NCBI GenBank assembly: GCA_963666055.2
Contig: CAXWPH010000015.1
Location: 768,001 to 832,000 of the forward strand
Source: Acidobacteriota bacterium
GTDB taxonomy: Bacteria; Acidobacteriota; UBA890; WLXD01
Direction of reading: 5' to 3'
DNA: 64,000 bases
This document shows positions 40,533 to 50,188 of the stretch, one piece after another; the first letter of the stretch is position 1; each line of letters starts with the position of its first letter. The notes below the pieces were generated by a model that saw only the letters and a list, made by a program, of their open reading frames with translations, ran no database searches and had not been told where the DNA came from. The position numbers and the translations under genes are program-made.

Positions 40533-41138
40533 TCACCGGCCCGATTCCACCTTCTCGGCAAGTGGCGGCATGTCGGCGACGACATTGCGGAAACTCTGAC
40601 CTGACGGCTTCTTCGGACCGAGCCACGCCAGGCAGTGGGTGGCATCCGCGTACAAATCAGTGGGAAGAAACAGCGAACACTTGCGTCGCGTCCACAGGTG
40701 GATCCGCCCGTGACGATCGGCAAAGCTCAGCATGGCCTCGCGGATACCTGCCGCTAGTCGATCAGCCCCTTCGCCGGCGCGGAAGGTGCCCGCGAAGCGT
40801 TCGGTGCTGTCTTTGGTGTAGGCGCCCCGGTGGGTGATGCTGCCGATGAGCTGAGGAGTGTTGACCGGCATCACAACGGTCATTCGCAGCACGGCTCTTC
40901 GCTTGCCATCGATGTCCGGTGTGGGAGCGTTCACCAGCCCGGCCACGAAGGCCCGCGCGCCCTCCTGGCCCGAATGCCAGTCGGTTGTGCCCATGGAGGC
41001 TTTGGCGTGCAGCGGCTTGAGGCCGTGCCCGCCAGAGAGCACGACCCTGACTTGCCGGCGCGCCCGTTTGGCCAAAACGAAGGCGAGCCCCAAGGCCAGG
41101 ATGACGGTGGCCAGCGCGATCGCCATTGGTACGAGCAC
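40533..41138 (-). CDS. Hypothetical membrane-anchored protein
   Basis: N-terminal TM, open 201-aa ORF, no family recognised. Confidence 0.5.
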   Translation of the reverse strand: MLVPMAIALATVILALGLAFVLAKRARRQVRVVLSGGHGLKPLHAKASMGTTDWHSGQEGARAFVAGLVNAPTPDIDGKRRAVLRMTVVMPVNTPQLIGSITHRGAYTKDSTERFAGTFRAGEGADRLAAGIREAMLSFADRHGRIHLWTRRKCSLFLPTDLYADATHCLAWLGPKKPSGQSFRNVVADMPPLAEKVESGR

Positions 41139-41210
41139 GATGTGTCCCCGGGTTGTTGTTGGCGTCGCGACGATAGTACAGCCTCTACGTCATCTGGTCG
41201 GCGCGGCCTG

Positions 41211-42668
41211 TCAGAAGGGGATGATCGTCGAGACGGCGACTTCCGTCGGGGTTTCGAGCTTGAGGGTCAACTCCTTGTTGACCCAGTCGATTTCGATGGT
41301 GCCGTACTTCGACTCGGGCTTGTTGATGATGTGTCGGTCCTGCGTGGTGTAGGCAGAAACGTTGCTGCTGATTGCCCCGACCTGCCCGGTCGGAATGGTC
41401 GCTCCGGCGGGCGCGCATTGGCCCCAGGCGGCGGGGACGCCGTTCCCGTTGGCGTCCAACTGCGTGTAACACCATGGCGCCGTGCGGTCTGCCGTGGTGC
41501 AGCCTTCATAGGTCGTGCCCGCATGGCTGAACGGCAGTTTGCAGCGGGAATCGTAGGTTCCGTTGCCCTGCGTGTCGGCCCAAACCGGAAGGCGGTTGGG
41601 GCTCGGTACGTCTTCCGGGAAGTTCTGATCGAACCCGGACGCCGTCACTTCAAAGAAAGTCACGGCCGGCCCCTCCGCGGCGGAGGGCGGCGTCGTCTTC
41701 TGCAACAGTTCACCCCAGTGCTGATCCCCGGAGACAAAAATCACCAGCTTGGTCTTGCCGGCGTTGACGGCTTTCTGGGCCAGGCGTAGCAACCGTTCCC
41801 GCTCTGCCGGCATTTCGGCCCACGATTCGTATTCTGTCCCCGAATCGTTGGTCTCGTTGAGGTTGGCGATGGCAGCGTTGAATTCCACCCCGTCCCCGTA
41901 CGCGCAATAGTCGGTCAGAGGTCTGTCCCGATTGAGCGGCGGGAGCACTTGCGTGCCGGAGGCGATCAGGGTGATCTCCGAGGTCGCACTCATCTGTTGT
42001 TCCAGCCACGACCACTGATCGTCCCCCAGCATGGTGGAGACGGCGCCCTGACAGACGCCGTACTCGAGGAAGGTCGGGGAGCGATGGTAGCGTGCGTCGA
42101 GCATGATCACATTCACTCGATTGTGCTGCGCTGCAGACCCGAACAACGTGGCGTTGTAGACCCCAGCTTGCTCCCCGTAGCGGACATCGTCGGTCGGCAC
42201 GTCGAAATGGCGCAGGAACTCCAATTGGCTTTCCGAGCGCTTGGAATAGTTGTCTCCGACGTTGTTCTCACCGAAATCGTGATCGTCCCAGGTGGCCATC
42301 ACGGGTATACGCGCCTGAAGAAAAGGCCGATAGGTCGCGCCGTTCTTCTTGGTGTCGTAGGTGTCGCGCATCGCGGCCATGTCAGTCGTGTCGGCGTAGA
42401 CGTTGTCTCCGAGCCATAAGAACAGGTCGGGCTGCTGGGAGGTCAGACGGTCGATTGCCTTCCCGGTCGTGCCGCCGTCGTCGTGCCAGCAAGAGCCGAA
42501 GGAGATGGTCTCCAGATGGGACGAAGCGTCGGGCTGGGTGTGAGGCCTGACTCGCGAACACGCGGCCAAGCACATGGCCAGGACGACTGCCGAAACCGCC
42601 GCAGCCCAGAAGCGAATCGGATCGCCGGCTGAGCGAACAGGCCTGCTGGAACAAATCAAGGCGCTCAT
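41211..42668 (-). CDS. PhoD-family alkaline phosphatase lipoprotein with inserted fibronectin type II domain
   Basis: FGSC, WLGDNVYAD, TWDDHD, LDARY, SGDQH; FN2 pattern at 41415-41543. Confidence 0.88.
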   Translation of the reverse strand: MSALICSSRPVRSAGDPIRFWAAAVSAVVLAMCLAACSRVRPHTQPDASSHLETISFGSCWHDDGGTTGKAIDRLTSQQPDLFLWLGDNVYADTTDMAAMRDTYDTKKNGATYRPFLQARIPVMATWDDHDFGENNVGDNYSKRSESQLEFLRHFDVPTDDVRYGEQAGVYNATLFGSAAQHNRVNVIMLDARYHRSPTFLEYGVCQGAVSTMLGDDQWSWLEQQMSATSEITLIASGTQVLPPLNRDRPLTDYCAYGDGVEFNAAIANLNETNDSGTEYESWAEMPAERERLLRLAQKAVNAGKTKLVIFVSGDQHWGELLQKTTPPSAAEGPAVTFFEVTASGFDQNFPEDVPSPNRLPVWADTQGNGTYDSRCKLPFSHAGTTYEGCTTADRTAPWCYTQLDANGNGVPAAWGQCAPAGATIPTGQVGAISSNVSAYTTQDRHIINKPESKYGTIEIDWVNKELTLKLETPTEVAVSTIIPF

Positions 42669-42845
42669 TCGTTAGTGTCCTGTAACAGAGGTCGATTCGA
42701 TTACGGCATCTGTTCCGTCAGGGTAGTCGATCATGGTCGCAGTGCGATCCGTTTGTGCGGTCTGCAACCGAGGTCAACCCTCGATGGGTAAGGGAACTCC
42801 GCGGCGCCGCCGCGGGCCGAGCAGCAAACAACGGGACCGTCAGAT

Positions 42846-43619
42846 TTGAGTACCCGGCACGAGCTGTTGAGATTTCCTGGCGCCTACGGCGTCCAGCTTG
42901 CCGCTCGCCTCGACAGCCCCGTCGAAGAGCCCCGGGCATATGCCCTGTTTGCCCACTGCTTCACGTGCTCGAAGGATCTCAAAGGCGCTCGCTGGATCAG
43001 TCAGACGCTGGCGCGTCGTGGTATCGGTGTGCTGCGCTTCGATTTCACAGGCCTGGGGGAGAGTGAGGGAGATTTCGCCGACACGAACTTCTCCTCCAAC
43101 CTCGAAGACCTGGTAGCGGCATCGAACTTCATGCGCCAACGGTACCGTGCGCCGCAGATCTTGATCGGACACAGCCTCGGTGGTGCGGCGGCGCTGGCCG
43201 TTGCCCATCGCGTTCCGGAGGTGCGCGCTGTCGCGACGGTGGGTGCGCCCAGCGAGACAAGCCATCTCAGCGAGACGCTGGTGCGGATCGCGCCTGCCCT
43301 CGAGGCGCGCGATGAGGCCGAGGTCGAGCTCGGCGGAAGGCGGTTTACCATCAAGAAACAGCTGCTGGAGGATCTGCAGGCGCACAAGCTCCACGAAGCG
43401 ATCGCCAACCTGGGTCGGGCGCTGCTGGTGATGCACGCTCCGACGGATACCGTTGTCAGCATCGATCACGCCGCCAGGATCTACGAGGCGGCTCGCCATC
43501 CCAAGAGCCTCATCTCCTTGGATGGTGCGGATCATCTGCTTTCGAAGGAACGGGACGCCCGATATGCGGCTGAGCTGCTTGTCGCCTGGGCCACTCGCTA
43601 CGTTGACTCGCCAGTTTGA
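42846..43619 (+). CDS. Alpha/beta hydrolase (N-terminal domain of OsmC-fusion family)
   Basis: LFAHCFTCSKD, RFDFTGLGES, GHSLGG, HPKSLISLDGADHLL. Confidence 0.88.
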   Translation: MSTRHELLRFPGAYGVQLAARLDSPVEEPRAYALFAHCFTCSKDLKGARWISQTLARRGIGVLRFDFTGLGESEGDFADTNFSSNLEDLVAASNFMRQRYRAPQILIGHSLGGAAALAVAHRVPEVRAVATVGAPSETSHLSETLVRIAPALEARDEAEVELGGRRFTIKKQLLEDLQAHKLHEAIANLGRALLVMHAPTDTVVSIDHAARIYEAARHPKSLISLDGADHLLSKERDARYAAELLVAWATRYVDSPV

Positions 43620-43721
43620 TGCGAGAGCTCCTGAACTGATCTGTCGGCAATGATTTCCACAGACTAACCTTCCAGGCCAGCGAGGTAGCGTCGTTTGGGG
43701 CGCCCACGATCGGAGGAAGAA

Positions 43722-44405
43722 ATGGTACTTGCTCGAGGTGCCCTTCTATCGGTGAATGTCGGCGGTGTCCGCGAGTTCGAATTCAATGGCCGGGCTGCCG
43801 TCAGCGCGATCTGGAAGGTGCCGGTCACCGGTCGAGTAGCTGCTCGGGGGGTGAATCTGGAAGGCGACGAGCAGGCTGATCGCGCCGCGCACGGCGGGCC
43901 CGACAAGGCGGTCTACGCCTACGCTATCGAGGACATGCGGTGGTGGAAGGAGGACCTCGGGCGCTCGCTCGAGTATGGCGAGTTCGGCGAGAACCTCACG
44001 ACGGAAGGTATCGACGTCAACGGTGCGACCGTCGGAGAACGTTGGGAAATCGGGGGAGCTGTGCTGGAAGTCACGGAGCCTCGTATCCCATGCTGGCGAC
44101 TCGGTGTGCGAATGGAGGACAAGCGTTTCCCTCGTCGCTTCTCTCAGGCTGGGAGGCCAGGCGCCTATCTACGGATAGCTGTCGAGGGTGATGTAGGCGC
44201 TGGAGACGAGATCCGAGTCGTCGAACGGCCTGACCATGATCTGACCATCGGCGACGTCTTCCGTATCTATACACGCGACCGAGACGACGCGGGGCGGCTC
44301 CTCTCGGTACCTCAGATGTCGTCGAGCTGGAAGCGATGGGCCGAAGAACGGATGGAGAAGAGCGAGCGCCGTCGCGCTGATTCGACCGATCCAGGGTGCT
44401 GCTAG
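43722..44405 (+). CDS. MOSC domain protein (YiiM-like)
   Basis: GDEQAD..HGGPDKAVY, FGENLT, PRIPCWRL, G.YLR. Confidence 0.92.
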   Translation: MVLARGALLSVNVGGVREFEFNGRAAVSAIWKVPVTGRVAARGVNLEGDEQADRAAHGGPDKAVYAYAIEDMRWWKEDLGRSLEYGEFGENLTTEGIDVNGATVGERWEIGGAVLEVTEPRIPCWRLGVRMEDKRFPRRFSQAGRPGAYLRIAVEGDVGAGDEIRVVERPDHDLTIGDVFRIYTRDRDDAGRLLSVPQMSSSWKRWAEERMEKSERRRADSTDPGCC

Positions 44406-44436
44406 TGTGTAACGAATATCGATCACCGGACACTAG
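44402..44436. repeat. Short CTAG-flanked IS/MITE scar
   Basis: CTAGTGT...ACACTAG; related end TAGTGTCCTGTAAC at 42673. Confidence 0.4.
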
Positions 44437-44757
44437 GCTAGCGTCACCGAAAACCGCCCAAACAGGTTGATGCTAAAATAGCTTCCAACGCCTATTAAGA
44501 TCCGGTGTCGGCTTTTAGCTGCAGCGGCTCGCTCGGCGGCCCGTAGCCCGAAGTGGAGGGCGGGGCGGCGTCGCGCCACCTGGACGTGACGCGGGTCCAT
44601 TGACCTACTCGCGGCGACAACAGGACCTCCTCCACTAGCTTCCGAGGTCACGCCGCCCATCGTTCGATCTGCCCCGGTCTGTTGTGCGGGCAGGAACGCA
44701 ACGACCGTTTAGGGCGCACGAAACGTGCGCCGACACGGTGGAGACCCAGTTCATTTC

Positions 44758-46059
44758 ATGGCTTCTCAGTTGACCGATTCTCCGACCAGCTTCGACCGGT
44801 TCGGCCTCGATTCTTCCGTCCTCCGGGGGGTGCTCGCCGAGGGCTTCGTCGAGCCTCGCCCCATCCAGGTGGACACGATCCCCGCAGCCCTCGCGGGCCG
44901 CGATGTGCTGGGCCTCGCCCAAACTGGTACCGGCAAGACGGCGGCCTTCGCGTTGCCCTTGCTGCACCGCTTGGGACGCGAGCGCCGCCGTGGACCGCGC
45001 GCGCTCGTGCTGGCGCCAACCCGCGAGCTGGCGGCACAGATCAGCGCTGAGATCCGCACATTGGCGCGCTTTACCCAGCTGCGCGTCGTCACCGTCTTTG
45101 GCGGCGTATCGGCCCATGGCCAGATCCAGGCTCTGCGTCGACACCCAGAGATCGTCGTCGGCTGTCCAGGCCGCATCCTCGACCTCATGGGGCGCGGTGT
45201 GCTGCTCCTCGGGGAGGTCGAGAGCGTCGTACTAGACGAAGCCGACCACATGTTCGATATGGGCTTCCTGCCCGACCTGCGACGCATCCTGGCGGCACTG
45301 CCGCCGAAGCGGCAGAACCTGCTTTTCTCTGCCACCATGCCGGCGGAGATTCGAGCGCTCGCCGACGTGTTTCTACGGGATCCGCACGTCGTCGAGCTGG
45401 CGCATTCCGGTCCGGCGGCGACCATCGATCACGCCGTGGTGGCTGTTCGCGAGGATCGTAAGCGCGATCTGCTCGAGCGCATACTGAAGGAAGACGGCTG
45501 CGAGTCGGCCATTGTCTTCACGCGCACCAAGCATCGGGCGCGCCGCTTGGCGCAGCAGCTCGACCGGGCCGGCCATCGTGCCGTGGGTCTGCAAGGCAAT
45601 ATGTCGCAGTCGCAGCGATCGCGCGCTATGCAGGGCTTCAGGAAGCGAACCTTCAACGTGCTGGTTGCGACGGACATTGCGGCGCGCGGGATCGATGTGA
45701 AGGGTGTCTCGTACGTCATCAACTTCGACGTGCCGAACACGCCAGATGCCTACACTCACCGCGTTGGTCGCACCGGACGCGCCGAGCTTGAGGGCCGGGC
45801 GCTGACTTTCGTGACGCGCGATGATACGGCATGGCTTCGAGCCACCGAGCGCAAGCTCGGCAATCAGATCCCGCAGCGAACGGTGGAGGGCTTCGAGGCG
45901 GAGCGCCTCGACAGGGGTGATCGACACGGGCCCTCTCGTCGGGTCGGCTGGCGGAACGGGACCACGCCCTCACGATTGGGCGACACCGCACCGCCGCAGG
46001 GGCGCAGGCGCCGCCGCCCGGGGCGCGCCTCGGCGCGGCCACGCCGTCGTCAACATTGA
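44758..46059 (+). CDS. rhlE: DEAD-box RNA helicase (RhlE-like)
   Basis: AQTGTGKT, PTREL, DEAD, SAT, ATDIAARGID, HRVGRTGR. Confidence 0.9.
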   Translation: MASQLTDSPTSFDRFGLDSSVLRGVLAEGFVEPRPIQVDTIPAALAGRDVLGLAQTGTGKTAAFALPLLHRLGRERRRGPRALVLAPTRELAAQISAEIRTLARFTQLRVVTVFGGVSAHGQIQALRRHPEIVVGCPGRILDLMGRGVLLLGEVESVVLDEADHMFDMGFLPDLRRILAALPPKRQNLLFSATMPAEIRALADVFLRDPHVVELAHSGPAATIDHAVVAVREDRKRDLLERILKEDGCESAIVFTRTKHRARRLAQQLDRAGHRAVGLQGNMSQSQRSRAMQGFRKRTFNVLVATDIAARGIDVKGVSYVINFDVPNTPDAYTHRVGRTGRAELEGRALTFVTRDDTAWLRATERKLGNQIPQRTVEGFEAERLDRGDRHGPSRRVGWRNGTTPSRLGDTAPPQGRRRRRPGRASARPRRRQH

Positions 46060-46228
46060 CCGCGACGGTCCACCCCTCGGTGTTGTCTGAGCTGTTCCGT
46101 TCGTCGTCTGGAGCTCGCGTTACATGCGACCCGATCAGGTCGCGTTTGCCAGCGTTGTACACTTGACTCTCCGGCGGCGTTCTGCAGCTCACCCGAGCAA
46201 TCAGCACGTATCCAATGGAGGCTCACGT

Positions 46229-46597
46229 ATGCGGCCCGCTCGTGACCGCGATCGACCCCAGAAGCCTGAGACAGCAGCAGCGTCCAAGAGGCTAGGTGTG
46301 CTAGTAAGCGGGTTGATCGACGCTGGTGTGATTGTTCCGCCGCTGCCGTTGGAGAGGATGTATCTCGACCGGCGGCTCAAGGCTCAGATCGAGCTGGATG
46401 GAACGGTGACCTGCATGGGCCGGTGCTTTGACACACTTTCTTCGGCCGCCAGCCATGCCCGCAGCACCTGCACAGAGTTGTTGGGAGCAGGGTCGCATCG
46501 GCTCTCGAGCAACGGCTGGGCGTTCTGGCAGTTTCGCGACGAAGAGGGTGAGCTCGAGAGCATCGGTAGCCTCAGGAGCCGCTTCCTACGCGGCTAG
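46229..46597 (+). CDS. Stand-alone RAMA-like (modified-DNA reader) domain protein
   Basis: LIDAGVI..L...A.I..DG.V...G..F.TLSSAA...NGWAFW...I.SLR. Confidence 0.6.
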   Translation: MRPARDRDRPQKPETAAASKRLGVLVSGLIDAGVIVPPLPLERMYLDRRLKAQIELDGTVTCMGRCFDTLSSAASHARSTCTELLGAGSHRLSSNGWAFWQFRDEEGELESIGSLRSRFLRG

Positions 46598-46616
46598 GTT
46601 GCCGCCTGGCGGCCGA

Positions 46617-47424
46617 CTACAGCGTTTTCAGGTATTCGATCAGCTGCCAGCGCTGCGTCCTGCCGAGTCGCTGCGTAGCGTGCTCGTGGCCGATGCGCGA
46701 GTTGCCCGGTAAGGATGTATCAACGCGAGTGCGCCCTGGCCCGCGCCGCGCGTCAAGACCGATCCGGACGGCATCGCACTCTCGGCCGCCAACGTAGAAT
46801 ACGCGGCGGCGATCCTTGGCCGGCAACAACAGCTCGTAGAGATTCATCACCGATCCGTTGTGCAGGAACGGTGCCGTAGCCCAGATGCCGTGCAGCGGTC
46901 GGGCCTTGTAGCGCATGAGCTTGGAATCCGCGCCACAGGCTTCCGGCGCCGTCGACGAGTGAGAATCGCTCGCGGCTAGGGCATGGCTCGCGTCCGCAGC
47001 CCCGGACCATGTGACCCTCGTCGGGGATAGAAGCGTTCCGAAAGTGACATGCTCGAGGAGCTCGCGGCCGCTCACCGGGTTCGGCAGCGGCTCGCCGAAC
47101 AGGGGGCCGAGCGACGCGCCCTCCAGGCGACCCGAGTCGAGAACGCGGCTGCAGTAATTAGGTATCGGGCCCGTCGAACGGTGACCGCAGAAACTCGTAG
47201 CGGACCAGGCCATCGGCGAACAGCTCCCTGCTGCCGACTCTCTCGAGGGCGCGAAACCACTCCGACGACAACATGCGCGACCCTTGCGTGGTCGCATAGA
47301 AGAAGCGCCGCTCGTTGTCGGTCCAGCCTTGGTGGAGGTCGAGCGGGAAGCGTTCGAACGGCAGCGACGCACCGAGCCCTACCAACACGAGGACCGCACC
47401 CGCAAATGTCACGCCTTTCATCAC
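46617..47424 (-). pseudogene. Di-heme cytochrome c (RoxA/peroxidase-like) gene with large internal deletion
   Basis: N-terminal QGW...FY.TTQGSR...WFRALE and C-terminal YKARPLHGIWATAPFLHNGSV...GNS..GHE...IEYLKTL; no CxxCH left. Confidence 0.7.
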
Positions 47425-47527
47425 GTTCGCACCGTGCCCCAGCTATGGACTCCCGCGACCACGGCAACGATAACGCGGCCGGAGCCGCGCCCTATACCGT
47501 TTCGGCGCACCCCGCCGTTTGAGGCAC

Positions 47528-48757
47528 CTATTCCGCCGGCTCAATCAGCGGCGCAAGCGGCGTCTCGATCTTCAGCCGCGCGCTTTGCGGCCGGTAACAG
47601 ATCGTTTCGCTGCAAACCTGATAATCGACGAAGATACTCAGCTCGACCGGCGGTTGACCGTCGGCTCCACCGGACTCAGACGATCTCCATAGCTCGGTGG
47701 TTCCGGTGATCGGAACGGCGATATCGGCGACCTCCTGGTAGACGTTCAGCGTCACACCGAGAATCTCGAACTCTTTCGGCGTGGTCGGCGGGTAGGCCGG
47801 CTCGCCGATTCTCAGGCCACGAGCCGGTCGAACGTTGATCCTCGTCGGATAGAAACCGTCCGGGAGCGGCTCACCGTAGAGGTGAAACCCCTCCGCCAGC
47901 TCCAAGCGAACATGGAGTGTGTTGATGACCTCCAGTTTCAGATCCGCATCCGAGAGGAAGGCGGTGATCCTGACTCGGTCGTCCTGCTCGTTGGCTTGGG
48001 GCGACTCTGCGTGCAGCAAGACCTTCCCGAGGGCCTTGTCGAGGATCGTGCCGGCCGACTCGCGGGTTGCGTAGTGGCGACTGAAGAACTTCTCGGTGAC
48101 GATGCCGAGCTCGTCCGCAACGTACGTGCCCGGGAACGGGATCCCGTAGAAGTCGCCGGCTCGGGGATCTTCGGGGTCGATGAGGGTGTTGAGAATGCCG
48201 AAGCGTCGGATCACCACCGAGCCGACATCCGAGAGCAGGTCGTAGGTGATCCCGTAGCGGTCCGAAAAGCTCTTCAACGCCTCTTGTGGATCGTAGCTGA
48301 TGCCATAGATGCGGATCCCGGCCGCGTCGAACTCTTTGATCTGGTTTTGCAGCTCGACCAGCTGCGTCATGCAGTACGGTCACCAGACGGCGGACCGATA
48401 AAAGATGAGGACGGCCTTTTTCCCCGCATGGTGTTGCTGGAAGTCGATTGTCTGGCCATGCTGGTTCAGCAGGGTGAAATCGGGGAGTCGCTCACCGACC
48501 GCCGGACCGGTCGGGAAATCGGCCGAGCCAGGGTGCACGACGCCGGGATGGTCGATCGACACTCCGGCCTCTAGCCCGAGCTCGTCCACGAATGTGTTAC
48601 TCGGGTCGCTCACCGCATCGTGCGCGGCACGCAACGGTGTTGCCTCCTGAGACGGATTCGTCTTCTCTGACGACCCGGGCTCCTGCTGCGCACAGGCAAG
48701 CAGGGCGCTCAGAGCGATGACGGCCGTCGCAGTTGCTCGCTGCTCGATGAGCTGCAT
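47528..48757 (-). CDS. Lipoprotein peroxiredoxin-like (AhpC/TSA) selenoprotein with DsbD-N-like C-terminal domain (Sec126, UGA 48380-48382)
   Basis: In frame: FYRSAVW-U-PYCMTQLVELQ; LLAC lipobox; GFHLY...YQVCSETICY.P. Confidence 0.85.
48349..48365 (-). promoter_or_regulatory. SECIS-like hairpin
   Basis: GCAGCT-GGTCG-AGCTGC, loop begins 20 nt after UGA. Confidence 0.65.
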
Positions 48758-49003
48758 CTTCCTGCCTCCTAGTAGCCTGTAAGTTAGCCGGGATCAGCGC
48801 TTGCCGCGTCGCGCCCAGGAGCAACCCTTCATCCTTGTGGGCCGCGTTCGTTCAGAGACGCCCGGGGGACAGCCTGGATGATAACCGTCGCTTGCGGCTA
48901 CACTTGCGCGCGTGTCCGACTCGGGCAGTCTTGGATGCGTCGCGCTCGTCAAAGACTGATGTGCGGACACCTTCGGAGAGCGCCTGTCGCTTCGGGAGTA
49001 AAG

Positions 49004-50083
49004 ATGAAGATGAATCTCTGGACCTCGCTGCGGCTCGGGCAATGCGCCATGATTACCGCGGTGATCTCGTTGTCGGCCGTGACACTGTTGTCGCCCGCGG
49101 CGGCGCAGAGCGCTGCTTCCGACGCCACACAGTGGCAGGTGCCCAGGACGCCGTATGGCCACCCGGATCTCCAGGGCAACTGGACCAACGCCACGCTTAC
49201 CCCCGTCGAGCGCCCGCAAGGCCTGGGGCCCGTTCTCAGCCGGGAACAGGTAGCGGAGATCGAGGAGGGGCAGGCGGCCACTGTCGTCAAGGGCGCCGCG
49301 CCGAGCGACCCGAACCGCCCGCCACCGCCGACGGGCGGTACCTACCCAGTCTGCATTGACACGGCTACTGGCTGTTACAACGAGGTTTACCGGGAGCCAG
49401 GCGAGCGCGTGGCGGTGGTGAGTGGCGTGCCCAGGAGCTCGCTGATCACGACCCCAGCGGATGGCGTCGTGCCGGAGCTGACGCCGGAGGGACTTCGGCG
49501 GATGGAGGAGCGTGCGGCGCTCAGGAGCCAGTTCGGTCCGCACGATCATCCCGAGCTCCTACCGCTGGCGCAACGCTGCCTCGTGTCGTTCGGTTCCAAC
49601 GCCGGTCCGCCGATGCTCCCCAACTACTGGTACAACAACAACTACACGATCGTGCAGAACGCCGATCACGTGATGATCATGACGGAGATGGTGCACGACG
49701 CCCGGATCATCCGGCTCGGTGAGCCCGCACCGCTGCCGAACGACATTCGTCCCTGGTTCGGTGACTCGTGGGGTCGCTGGGAGGGAGACACGCTGGTGGT
49801 CGAGACCACCAACTTGAATCCCGATCATGCGTTCCGAGGTGTCCCTCCCTCCGAAGATGGCAAGGTGATCGAGCGCTTCACCCGAGTCGATGAGGAGACC
49901 ATTCTCTACGAGTTCACCATCGACGACCCGACGATGTATGCGAGCACCTGGGGAGGCGAGGTGCCGTTCGAGCGCTTCGACGAATCGCTCTACGAGTATG
50001 CCTGTCACGAAGGCAACTACTCGCTCTACAACGTGTTGAGCGGCGCGCGCTATGAGGAGACAAGCGAGGAGCAGCAGCGGTAG
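49004..50083 (+). CDS. Conserved secreted hypothetical protein
   Basis: PRTPYGHPDLQGNWTNAT, GDSWGRWEGDTLVVET, YEYACHEGN. Confidence 0.78.
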   Translation: MKMNLWTSLRLGQCAMITAVISLSAVTLLSPAAAQSAASDATQWQVPRTPYGHPDLQGNWTNATLTPVERPQGLGPVLSREQVAEIEEGQAATVVKGAAPSDPNRPPPPTGGTYPVCIDTATGCYNEVYREPGERVAVVSGVPRSSLITTPADGVVPELTPEGLRRMEERAALRSQFGPHDHPELLPLAQRCLVSFGSNAGPPMLPNYWYNNNYTIVQNADHVMIMTEMVHDARIIRLGEPAPLPNDIRPWFGDSWGRWEGDTLVVETTNLNPDHAFRGVPPSEDGKVIERFTRVDEETILYEFTIDDPTMYASTWGGEVPFERFDESLYEYACHEGNYSLYNVLSGARYEETSEEQQR

Positions 50084-50188
50084 TCTCCAGGCACCGCGCT
50101 TTTCCCTGGCGGTGTACGGATTGGTCGAGCGCCGTCGTGCTCGCCCGTCAACGAAGGACACCCATGCTTGCCCTCTGGCGCAGTCTTC

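Noticed and set aside
40476-40535. TGA of the 40533-41138 ORF is in frame with the redoxin fusion gene, suggesting a third Sec readthrough
   Set aside because: No redox-motif context, low-complexity spacer, and the downstream gene has its own GGAGGG RBS
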